Made by a program: the position numbers and the translations under genes. From Armatimonadota bacterium (GTDB taxonomy: Bacteria; Armatimonadota; Abditibacteriia; CG2-30-59-28), in NCBI GenBank assembly GCA_016199605.1, contig JACQGJ010000274.1, positions 1-32,323 on the forward strand: a stretch of DNA of 32,323 nt, written 5' to 3'. How positions within the stretch are numbered: the stretch's first letter is position 1; each line of letters starts with the position of its first letter. Shown piece by piece: positions 1 through 8,320 of the stretch. Under the pieces are notes generated by a model, which had not been told where the DNA came from, ran no database searches, and was given only the letters and a program-made list of their open reading frames with translations.

Positions 1-266
1 ACGTGTGGGCGTATCGTTTCGAGAGACCGCAAGGCCCCGTCTGGGTGGTGTGGAACGAAGATGGGTCCCTGCATCTGCCGGGGAGACCCGCGACGAAAGT
101 CTGGGTGCGGCTGCCCTGGCAGGCCGCCGGCGCTCAGATCACTGACACACCTACCTTACCCGGGCAATCTCTGCCCGAGAGGATCAGCCAGTCCACGAGG
201 GAACACACCTTGAGTGTGGCCCTGGGCGCGACACCTGTGTTTATCGAGGAGGCCGGCGCCAAGTAA
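1..266 (+). CDS. Partial CDS (5' end off-window): C-terminal tail of a glycoside-hydrolase-like protein, apparent paralogue of the 16155-17561 product
   Basis: The frame is open from the window edge (ORF 3..266). The tail ..VWVVWNEDGS...VALGATPVFIEE follows the same pattern as the C-terminus of the GH at 16155-17561 (..VAVLWSDTGGS...LKVGSSPIYVEQ). This rests on by-eye similarity only. Confidence 0.4.
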   Translation, partial: VWAYRFERPQGPVWVVWNEDGSLHLPGRPATKVWVRLPWQAAGAQITDTPTLPGQSLPERISQSTREHTLSVALGATPVFIEEAGAK

Positions 267-445
267 GCAGTGTCCAGGGGTAAGCTTTCGATCCCAATGA
301 GCATGGCAATGATTTCGAATGGAGGAGAGAAATGGCCAAGAGTCAACAAAGATATTATGTCAAACCACCCAAACCGCCCAAACCCAAGGCGCCCGAGTCT
401 GTGAAGATGGAGTTGGAGAGGAAAGCAGGCGAGTGACTCGAGTCG

Positions 446-745
446 GTGCTGAAACCGAGGCACCTTGCGGCCCCACCCCAAGATGCATGCTTTAACTACG
501 TTGTAGACCTCTACTTCTCCTGGCATGGCAATTGCTTATACTTCTGTTCGAAGTATGCCTGTCCAGGGCCCAACGCGATCTCTCCCTTCTTCGAAACGAA
601 GTTTGCACGCCTGGAGTACGTTGGCGACAACCGTTTTGCGCTTTCCTACATGCGTCACACGGGAAAGTGGTGGGAGGTTCACCCACGGCTATCCATGGAT
701 GACTGTCTGGCAGCCGTCAGAGAGGACCCTTTGTTCTGGCCGTAG
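446..745 (+). CDS. Small conserved hypothetical protein; the same frame continues upstream to ATG 332 across an in-frame TGA (434-436), so possibly a disrupted gene
   Basis: GTG-initiated 99-aa ORF with a conserved-looking core (FNYVVDLYFSWHGNCLYFCSKYACPGPNAISPFFETKFARLEYVG..MRHTGKWWEV..DDCLAAVREDPLFWP). Upstream in the same frame: ATG 332 MAKSQQRYYVKPPKPPKPKAPESVKMELERKAGE-TGA-LESVLKPRH. I cannot name the family with confidence. Confidence 0.45.
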   Translation: MLKPRHLAAPPQDACFNYVVDLYFSWHGNCLYFCSKYACPGPNAISPFFETKFARLEYVGDNRFALSYMRHTGKWWEVHPRLSMDDCLAAVREDPLFWP

Positions 746-1133
746 GAGCCACCACCGGAACGCCTGAGGAGCCTTACGCCTAAAGACAGTTCTGACGGAT
801 TAGGGAGGAATAGAACAGGACGCGGACATCTCCAGTCGGATAAGGTTTGCTCGCCCGGCAAAGTGCTGCGGCAGCGCACCCCGAGAGCACACCTCGCTTA
901 TGGTTTCACATCAGATTCCTCACTGTCTGAATGCCCTTCGGCGCTTCTCTCCGATTTCCGGCCGATGGCGGCAAATACCGACTGTGAGACGCGTTCGATA
1001 GTGAGAACCCCGCAAGGTCGGTCTGCGCACCCCTTCTCGTCCCAGAGAGAGGAGGCCTTCGCTGCCACAACAATGGTCCGGGGGTAACCCGGGCAGGGCT
1101 CACCAGCGAAGATGCGATCGAGTCTGCAGTTCG

Positions 1134-1163
1134 TTGACGCGCTTCATAAACGGATGATATACT
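1134..1163 (+). promoter_or_regulatory. Sigma70-like promoter candidate upstream of the EPS export gene
   Basis: TTGACG (1134-1139), an 18-nt spacer, then TGaTATACT (extended -10 TG at 1155-1156, -10 hexamer at 1158-1163). This sits in a ~630-nt non-coding stretch and would give a ~230-nt leader before ATG 1394. Confidence 0.3.
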
Positions 1164-1393
1164 GACTCACGATGTTAGCAGATCCAGGGCTTCCATCCCC
1201 GGAGTGATCGTATCCGGGAATGAGTGCGGGAACCCTTTCCGGAGAAGAGAATAAGGGAAGGGGAACACAGGTTGGGACGGACCCATCCGTCCGGACTTGG
1301 GCGGCGCTTCCCTCCCGCGAACCGAGCGACCGAATCCGGTCTGGGCCCGGTCAGTTCCGTTCGGAGCCGTTTGGACAGGATAGAACTCACCTG

Positions 1394-2863
1394 ATGAACC
1401 AAAGAAAACGATGCCTGCGTACACAGCCGATGCCCCTTCCCAAGCTAACCCGTTTTAGCAGCACTACCTTCTTGCTCCTCGGTGTGTTCTTCGGAGCTTC
1501 GATCCCGTGTCTTGCCCAAGTGCCTCCCACCTACCTTTCGGCCGGAGACACCTTGGAAGTGGTTGTCTACCGCGAACCCGACCTCTCTCGGAACTACACC
1601 GTCAGTCCTGAAGGGAAAATCACCTTTCCGCTGGTTGGCGAGATCACAGCGCAGGGAATGGATGTCGAGCAGTTGACGGCGGAACTGACCCGCAAGTATT
1701 CCCGCTACTTCCGCAATCCCCAGATCGTCGTGAACTTCGGAAAGATGACCTGGAACAAAGTCTACGTGAGCGGGCAAGTGCATCACCCGGGGGCCTTCAC
1801 CTGGTCGAAGGGCTTGAAGCTGACGGCCTATCTCGGGGCAGCGGGAGGAGTCACTCAGGGAGCCCGGCTGCAAGGGGCTGTCATCCGCCGGGAGGAAGGC
1901 GGCCAGGTCCGACGTATACCGGTTGATCTGAGGAAAGTCCTGTTGGACGGTGACTCGAGTCAGAACCTCGAGTTGCAGCCGGGCGACACGCTTTTCGTCC
2001 CCTACGGGTCCGACAAAGTATACCTGAGCGGCGAGGTTAAGAACCCCGGCGCCTACGACTATATTGACGGAATGCGGTTAGCGGAGGCCTTGGGACTGGC
2101 GGGAGGACCGCTTCACACCTCCGACCTCACCCAGGTCCGGATTACGCGACCTGGGAGCAGCGGATCCGAGACCATCACGGTCAATCTGGAAGAGGCGAAC
2201 AAGCGGGGAGATCCATCGAAGGACCCTCCCCTGTCCCCGGGAGATGTGATATTTATCCCCGAAGCTCCCAAAGTGTACGTCGTGGGCGAAGTACAAAGGC
2301 CGGGCGCTTTTGACCATCAAGAAGGCTTTCGGGTTCGGCACTATGTAGCTCTCGCGGGCGGTCCGACAAATCTTGGCGAGACCCGGAAAGCCACTCTGAC
2401 CACCATGCAGGACGGCTTGCCGGTTACGCGGACCTTTGATCTGCAAAGCGTGCTGGAGAACGCCGCGAGCGACCAGAACTTCGGTGTGAACGTCGGAGAC
2501 TCCATTTATATCCCTCGGAAGACGGACCGCGTTTACGTTTCCGGTGAAGTCGTCAAGCCGGGCGACTATGAGACCCGTCAAGGGTTTCGGATCACCGACT
2601 ATGTAGGACTTGCAGGCGGCGTGACAACCTATGCAAACTCGAGGGAGACACTGATCATCCGATCAATCAACGGGAAAAGCCAGCAAACGAAGGTTGATCT
2701 ACTGAGACTGTTGAAGGGCCAAGACCCTGAGAAGAACATCGTTCTGGGTCCTGGAGATATGGTGGTGGTGTCGGGACGGTTCATTGCCCATCGCATCCAG
2801 GATTACGGACCAGTGGGTTCTATCGTCACATCGTTGGCCCTCCTGCTGAGGGTGTTCTTCTGA
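1394..2863 (+). CDS. Outer-membrane polysaccharide export protein (OPX/Wza family) with one Poly_export domain and four SLBB repeats
   Basis: Signal-like N-terminus (FSSTTFLLLGVFFGASIPCLAQ). Poly_export-type segment YLSAGDTLEVVVYREPDLSRNYTVSPEGKITFPLVGEITAQGM. Four repeats of KVYVSGQVHHPGAF / KVYLSGEVKNPGAY / KVYVVGEVQRPGAF / RVYVSGEVVKPGDY, each followed by a ..LAGG.. segment, and a hydrophobic C-terminal helix. The start is set at ATG 1394 (alternative ATG 1430), because the ORF-track start at 1220 adds a non-homologous Arg/Gly/Ser-rich extension. Confidence 0.85.
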   Translation: MNQRKRCLRTQPMPLPKLTRFSSTTFLLLGVFFGASIPCLAQVPPTYLSAGDTLEVVVYREPDLSRNYTVSPEGKITFPLVGEITAQGMDVEQLTAELTRKYSRYFRNPQIVVNFGKMTWNKVYVSGQVHHPGAFTWSKGLKLTAYLGAAGGVTQGARLQGAVIRREEGGQVRRIPVDLRKVLLDGDSSQNLELQPGDTLFVPYGSDKVYLSGEVKNPGAYDYIDGMRLAEALGLAGGPLHTSDLTQVRITRPGSSGSETITVNLEEANKRGDPSKDPPLSPGDVIFIPEAPKVYVVGEVQRPGAFDHQEGFRVRHYVALAGGPTNLGETRKATLTTMQDGLPVTRTFDLQSVLENAASDQNFGVNVGDSIYIPRKTDRVYVSGEVVKPGDYETRQGFRITDYVGLAGGVTTYANSRETLIIRSINGKSQQTKVDLLRLLKGQDPEKNIVLGPGDMVVVSGRFIAHRIQDYGPVGSIVTSLALLLRVFF

Positions 2864-2999
2864 GAGTGTCTGTGAAAAGGAGCTTGGGGCGAGTTCATGC
2901 GCTCGGATACACGAGGATTACCTCCTGGGAGTTGATGAACCCACTTCGCCGGGATCGCTGCGATTTGCACTGAAGCCGACTGGCGATGGTATCCCGCGG

Positions 3000-4466
3000 T
3001 TACACCGCTTCGGCGATCCAACTTTCACCTTCCGGACGGCGGTCTCCCTGCAGAAGCGAGCGGAGATTATTGCGATCCCTCTGAGTGACAGGGCGGAGGA
3101 CAACCGCACCGGTTAGATAGGTGAGCAGGGCCGCAGGAGCTGCAATCCAGAGCGCACGTCCCTCCAGGAAGTGTAGGGTAACTGCCATCAAACCGGAGAG
3201 TATGACCGGCTTGGTCAAGACCCGAATCAGGTTCAAGGGCCTCAATTCCCGGGAGACGACATAGTAGGCAAAGGTGCAGAAAACCGCCTCACCTGCGAGA
3301 GTGCCGAAGCAGGCCCCCCTGGCGCCGAGCGAAGGAATCATTACGAAGTCGGCCAGAGTGTTTACGACGACGCATGCGAAAAGACAGCGGGAAGCCCAAA
3401 CTTGTCGCCCGATGGCGACAAGAGTGAAGACGAGGAGAGTGCTGGGGAGCATGGTCGCGATGGGGAAGCTCAGCCACCGAAGCAGTGACGCCGAAGCTGA
3501 AAATCTTGGACCCAGGACCAGGTGAGTGAGGGCTGGGGCTTCCATATAGACGAAAGTGGCCAAGGGAAGGCTGACAAGCAGGAACAGCTTGAGCATCTGC
3601 TCGTACAACGCGGAGAGGTTTTCGCGGGACCCAGTGGCTAACCTCGACATGACCGGGAAAAGAGCTCGCATGACGAGGGACGCAAGGGGAACCATCTGCT
3701 GGACGAGTCGGTACGCGCCGTTGTAGAGTCCTACCTCGGTGGGCGAACGGAAAGCGGCGAGAATGAAGGTGTCGATCCGAAAGTAAGCCTCCTTCAGGAT
3801 GGTGGTAAGACCCACGGGAATCGATTCCCGTATCAGATAGAGCCACTCACCCACGTCCGGTACGAAGGAAGGGCGACAGAACCTGCGACAGGCCATCCAG
3901 AAACCCACTTGGGCTGCGAGGAAGCTGGTGAAAGCTGTGGCGCCGAAGATTCCTGGTATCCCCCAGTCGAGGCGAATGGCGAGAAGGGTTGCCAACAGCG
4001 TGGTGAGTCCGTTAAACGTGGTCAGGAAAGTCTGGAACTCCGTGCGTTCATAGGCCAGGAAAACGTTCTGGCTGAGCTCGACAGACAACTGGGCCATGCT
4101 CCAGGCAACAGCCAGGTAGAGACTGAGAGCGAAGCTTCCCGGCAAGTGCCAAATCCTGACTGCAAGGAGGCTCACCAGGAAGATGAAACCGCCAAGCAGA
4201 GATCGGGTGATGAGCGCGTGCCCAAGGAAGCGGGCGCCGCGTTCACGGTCGCGGGCGATCTCTCGAACAAGGATGATTCCCATCCCGCTGGAGGGGATGG
4301 ACATGGCAAACTGCACCAGTCCGAGGATCAAGGAGTAATGCCCGAACCGGTGAACGCCCAGATAGCGGCTGATGCTGGCAATGAGAAGGAACGATACAGC
4401 CACCATCAACGCCCTTGAGCACAAGAGAAAGGCCAGATTGCGAAGGATTCGTTTGCCAGTGCCCAC
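3000..4466 (-). CDS. Wzx-type polysaccharide flippase (MOP/polysaccharide biosynthesis protein family)
   Basis: Polytopic membrane protein of ~488 aa with a typical N-terminus KRILRNLAFLL..SFLLIASISRYLG..FGHYSL and 12 or more hydrophobic segments. The start is proposed at GTG 4466, preceded by GGAGG. The ORF track extends to TTG 4532. Confidence 0.8.
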   Translation of the reverse strand: MGTGKRILRNLAFLLCSRALMVAVSFLLIASISRYLGVHRFGHYSLILGLVQFAMSIPSSGMGIILVREIARDRERGARFLGHALITRSLLGGFIFLVSLLAVRIWHLPGSFALSLYLAVAWSMAQLSVELSQNVFLAYERTEFQTFLTTFNGLTTLLATLLAIRLDWGIPGIFGATAFTSFLAAQVGFWMACRRFCRPSFVPDVGEWLYLIRESIPVGLTTILKEAYFRIDTFILAAFRSPTEVGLYNGAYRLVQQMVPLASLVMRALFPVMSRLATGSRENLSALYEQMLKLFLLVSLPLATFVYMEAPALTHLVLGPRFSASASLLRWLSFPIATMLPSTLLVFTLVAIGRQVWASRCLFACVVVNTLADFVMIPSLGARGACFGTLAGEAVFCTFAYYVVSRELRPLNLIRVLTKPVILSGLMAVTLHFLEGRALWIAAPAALLTYLTGAVVLRPVTQRDRNNLRSLLQGDRRPEGESWIAEAV

Positions 4467-4573
4467 GTACCCCTCCGGGGAGGATTCCTGAGTATGGTCA
4501 GGTGTGACAAGTATAACACACAGGTGGAGCAAGCCTGAAAAAGAGGGAGAGACCGGTCCGAACCGGCGTCCAA

Positions 4574-6109
4574 ATGATGATTGATCAGAAGCCTGACAAC
4601 AGAGAGATTCTGTTTTCTGTCCTGCGCACTTTTTACAGACGTCGCCGCACCTTCTGGACCGTCTGTCTCACCATGTTCGCCCTCATCTGTGCGGCTGTCT
4701 ATATCATCACGCCGAAGTACCAGGCCCAAGCCACCCTCTACGTTGCCTTGGAGCAGCCCACCGAATCGCTGTTCCCCGACCAAAAACCGCCAGGTTCGGG
4801 AGCAGTCTCCAGTCAGAACTCCACCGCCATTCTGAACTCTCTCATCAATGTTCTCCAGAGTAAGGGCATTGCCGGAGACATGGTCAGGCAGTTCCACCTC
4901 GATCGGGAACTCCCCCCAAAGAATCTCAGGGAGCGCATCCACCAGTTCGGCAAAGACGCCTTCACAGGGTGCCTTCGTGTTTGCGGCATCAAGAAGAAGA
5001 AGGATCTGTTTCTGGACGCAGTGGAGGATTTTCAGGACGACTGCGCGGCGGAAGTCAATGAAGGCACCGAGGTGATCGTACTCTCAGTCCAACATGAGGA
5101 CGCGGAAACGGCTCGCGACATCTGCAATGCGATGGCCCAGGATTTCATGCGGACGGTGATCCGTCAGGGACAATCAGACTTCAAGGCCGACAGCGCCTCC
5201 TTTCACCTGCAACTGGAAGCAGCAAAGGCCCGGCTGATGGGATCGGACTCGGCCCTGCGTCAGTTCAAAGAGAAACAAGGCATTGTCGATCTGTCTTACG
5301 AGCAGCAGACGGCGGTGTCGCGTCTGGACAGCATGCTCAATGACCTCCGGTCTTCCGAAGCCTCGCTGAAACAGAACCAGGCTTCTCTTGACGTGAACCG
5401 GCAGCAATTAAAGTCGCAGCCCGTGCGGATCCTGACCTCCAAGACGATCGAGAACAACCCCCAGGTTCTGGCATTGAAGAACGTGCTGTCCGATCAGGAG
5501 AATCGATTAGCCGGGCTGCGGGTGGACTATACCGACGAACATCCGGATGTCGTCAAACTCGAGGAACAAATCAAGGACACTCAGGACCGCCTGCACTCGG
5601 AAGTATCTCGTCTCCTGACGAAGGAGAGCCACGATCTCAATCCTGAATACACAACGCTGTTGGACCGCGTCGCCAAGTCAGAGTCGGAAATCCTGGGGAT
5701 GAAGGCGCGAACGGCCGCGCTGAGTCAGGGACTCGGTCGTTTCCAGAAACAGATCAAATCCCTCGCGGCGAAGGACCAGGTCCTCACACACCTGAAACGC
5801 GAGCAGGACCTCGCTGAATCCCTCTATCACATTCTGGACTTGAAGGCTCGACAATTCAAAGTCCTTCAGCATGTGAATATCCCGCCGGTTCGGTTGCGGA
5901 TCGTTGACCAGGCGGTGGTTCCTGATTTCTTCAGCATTACCACACCTCCGATGCTGCTGGTGATCCCTCTTACTCCGATCATCAGCGTGCTGGTCGCTCT
6001 GTGCTTCATCTTTATGCTTGAGTATTTTGATACGAGTCTACGGTACCCGGCTGAGGTCGAACGTCTCCTGGGAGTTCCGGTAATCCAGTCCATTCCACGG
6101 CTCAGGTGA
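4574..6109 (+). CDS. Polysaccharide co-polymerase (Wzz/GumC-like PCP, chain-length determinant) lacking a fused kinase domain
   Basis: N-terminal Wzz-type TM segment (FWTVCLTMFALICAAVYIITPKYQAQATLYV). Long coiled-coil-like middle region rich in Q/E/L/K. C-terminal second TM with the G-rich/GNVR-type end (VVPDFFSITTPP..VLVALCFIFMLEYFDTSLRYPAEVERLLGVPVIQSIP). Confidence 0.85.
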   Translation: MMIDQKPDNREILFSVLRTFYRRRRTFWTVCLTMFALICAAVYIITPKYQAQATLYVALEQPTESLFPDQKPPGSGAVSSQNSTAILNSLINVLQSKGIAGDMVRQFHLDRELPPKNLRERIHQFGKDAFTGCLRVCGIKKKKDLFLDAVEDFQDDCAAEVNEGTEVIVLSVQHEDAETARDICNAMAQDFMRTVIRQGQSDFKADSASFHLQLEAAKARLMGSDSALRQFKEKQGIVDLSYEQQTAVSRLDSMLNDLRSSEASLKQNQASLDVNRQQLKSQPVRILTSKTIENNPQVLALKNVLSDQENRLAGLRVDYTDEHPDVVKLEEQIKDTQDRLHSEVSRLLTKESHDLNPEYTTLLDRVAKSESEILGMKARTAALSQGLGRFQKQIKSLAAKDQVLTHLKREQDLAESLYHILDLKARQFKVLQHVNIPPVRLRIVDQAVVPDFFSITTPPMLLVIPLTPIISVLVALCFIFMLEYFDTSLRYPAEVERLLGVPVIQSIPRLR

Positions 6110-6187
6110 GGAGCTTCCCTGATTCGTACCGTTCCGGGCTTGCCGTGGTATCCGGAGCAAGACCATCATTTCAACGAGAATCACCCA

Positions 6188-6871
6188 ATGAGCAAACCGA
6201 TATTATTCGGCAGTAGGAAGAGCATGGCAAAGCGTTCTCTGGAGGTTGCCGAAGAGTGTTTCCGGTCGGTCCGCGATCGCTTGTACCTCGCACCGAGTGC
6301 GGAAAATCGCGGGCCACAAACGATGCTGCTGACCGGAGCGGGCGCGGGAGACGGCACCAGCACTGCGGCTGTCGGGTTAGCCAAGAGCTTGGCCGCGCTG
6401 AATGGGAAGAAGACGGTGTTGGTCGACGCCAATCTCTGGGCCCCCACGATCCATGATTCGCTCTCCCTCAATCGAATGCCCGGGCTAACGGATGTCCTGA
6501 CGAACGCGAGCTCGACAACGGACGCGGTCCAGCTTTCGGGGTCGCTGTCAGTTCTGGCTGCGGGAAGTCACCATGCTGATCCAGTTGTCCCTTTGACTGG
6601 AATTCCTCTATCAGAACTGATTGAGGAACTGAAGGAGATCTTCGATTATCTCGTGATCGACTCCCCCCCCGTCCTTCACTGCGTGGGGGCTCAGATGCTG
6701 GCGCCCTACGTCGATTGCGTTCTGCTCGTCATCGAGTCGGACAAGACGCGGTTGCAGGCGGCGCAGAAGGCGCGAGACACAATCCAACGAGCGGGGGCCA
6801 CGGTCTGCGGGGTCCTGCTAAACCGGTACTCGTCACACGTTCCAGGATGGTTGATGCGACCTGATGTCTAA
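6188..6871 (+). CDS. BY-kinase-like (CpsD/CapB-type) P-loop ATPase with degenerate Walker A and A' motifs
   Basis: Position directly after the PCP gene. P-loop region LLTGAGAGDGTSTAAVGLAKSLA (6335-6364), VLVDANLWAP, and Walker B-like YLVIDSPPV. The start is set at ATG 6188; the ORF track starts at TTG 6140. Confidence 0.7.
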   Translation: MSKPILFGSRKSMAKRSLEVAEECFRSVRDRLYLAPSAENRGPQTMLLTGAGAGDGTSTAAVGLAKSLAALNGKKTVLVDANLWAPTIHDSLSLNRMPGLTDVLTNASSTTDAVQLSGSLSVLAAGSHHADPVVPLTGIPLSELIEELKEIFDYLVIDSPPVLHCVGAQMLAPYVDCVLLVIESDKTRLQAAQKARDTIQRAGATVCGVLLNRYSSHVPGWLMRPDV

Positions 6872-7420
6872 GGGCTGCGGAGTTCGGCTGATCTCGGGGA
6901 GACATAAGCAATGAAAGCCCCACTGGGCCGAACGGGCGTCGTGCGCAGGAAGGCCGCCTCGGTGTAAAAGCCGTCTGTACCGGCACTGGTCACTCATCTG
7001 TATGATCCAGTGACGCGTCCGGCATTCCTTCCAGAGCCAGGCAAGTTCTCCATCTACGATCAGTTCGTTCTCAAGGGACACAGGGGAGAGAGCGAGGCAC
7101 GCGGCATTTGGTGCTCTAATGCTGCATCAACCGGCGACTCTGTTGGGGTGGAAAAAGGGATACACGTGTTGTTGAGCCAAAGCGTTCCGGACTTTTTAGA
7201 CTCTCTATAGGAGAGCCTCATACCTTGGACCTACGCGCCATGTGACTGGTCACGACCGCCATCGTTCTGGGGTTCGCCTCTCACTGTTATGAATCTGCGG
7301 AAAGGGATAGCCGCGAGCGATTGTCACCATCTGCAAAAATGAAGGCGGGACGCAAGTGGGTGTTGCGCCATTTCTTCAAATAAGGGGTCGCGTAGTGAGT
7401 GGAAACGGCGGGGGCTCGGG

Positions 7421-8251
7421 ATGACAGGGCTGAGGAGCTTACCTGCTTATGCGGCAACGGCTTTCCACTGGGTCACTCAGGCAATGTGGCTGCCAGGAAT
7501 CCCCATCCTGACGTATCATTCAATAGACGACGAAGGGGGCCCTGAATCGATCCGGATGGATTGCTTTTCCGCGCAAATGGAGTACTTGAAGGAGAATGGA
7601 TTTCGATCCATCCCCTTGTCCGAACTAAGGAACCTGACCACGGAGGACCGATCGAGCGACCGTCTTTTTTGCGTGACCTTTGACGATGGCTACCAGAACC
7701 TCCTGGCTTCCGGAGTTCCTCTGTTGTGGGAACATGGCTTCCAGGCAACCGTGTTTGCCGTCTCCAATGGTTGGGGCGAGTTGGCTGGATGGGAACGTCA
7801 GCGCTCTTCGGCCGGGCATCGCTTGATGACCGAGCAGGAACTATGCGAGGTCTCCCAGGCGGGAATCGAGATCGGGGCCCATACATGCAGCCATCCTTTT
7901 TTGACTCGCATACACCTGGAATCTGTCAGGCGAGAGATACGAGCATCCAAAGACAAGCTGGAACAAATCCTTGGCAAACGGGTGCATCACTTCGCGTATC
8001 CGTATGGTGCCTGGGATCAGAGAATCCGGGATCTGTGCGCCGAGGCAGGCTTCGAAATGGCTTTCACCACCGAACAGAGGAAGGCTCGTGGGAACGAAGA
8101 TCCGTGGGTTGTGCCTCGAGTCGGTGTCAACCGCATGCCCGTGGGGAACAGACGTCTGGCCCTCAACTCGTTACGCGCCTGCCTGTCCGGGACGGTTGGC
8201 TATTATGTGACACTGAGGCGTCTCGTCCGATTGAACTGTACCAAGCGTTGA
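7421..8251 (+). CDS. Polysaccharide deacetylase (CE4 / NodB homology domain)
   Basis: ILTYHSI, the TFDDG motif (CVTFDDGYQNL), the H-x-x-x-H motif (HTCSHPFL) and FAYPYG are all present in canonical order. Confidence 0.85.
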   Translation: MTGLRSLPAYAATAFHWVTQAMWLPGIPILTYHSIDDEGGPESIRMDCFSAQMEYLKENGFRSIPLSELRNLTTEDRSSDRLFCVTFDDGYQNLLASGVPLLWEHGFQATVFAVSNGWGELAGWERQRSSAGHRLMTEQELCEVSQAGIEIGAHTCSHPFLTRIHLESVRREIRASKDKLEQILGKRVHHFAYPYGAWDQRIRDLCAEAGFEMAFTTEQRKARGNEDPWVVPRVGVNRMPVGNRRLALNSLRACLSGTVGYYVTLRRLVRLNCTKR

Positions 8252-8320
8252 CCTACTGCCCTTTCCTTGAGGAAAGGGCGTGGAACGATTCGGTCTGGGC
8301 CCCGTTTGTGAGACTCGCCT

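Noticed and set aside
1220-1393. The upstream extension of the Wza-like ORF (ORF-track start at 1220).
   Set aside because: The extra 58 residues (MSAGTLSGEENKGRGTQVGTDPSVRTWAALPSREPSDRIRSG...) are low-complexity and precede the signal peptide. The ATG at 1394 or 1430 gives a normal secreted-protein N-terminus.
1164-1393. A c-di-GMP riboswitch or an RfaH ops/JUMPstart element in the EPS leader.
   Set aside because: By eye I could not find the GEMM-I/II conserved cores or the GGCGGTAG ops sequence. A covariance-model scan would be needed to be certain.
4406-4942. 178-aa minus-strand ORF across the wzx/wzz divergent region.
   Set aside because: It is antisense to the Wzz N-terminus and overlaps the flippase start. 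It has no recognisable motif.
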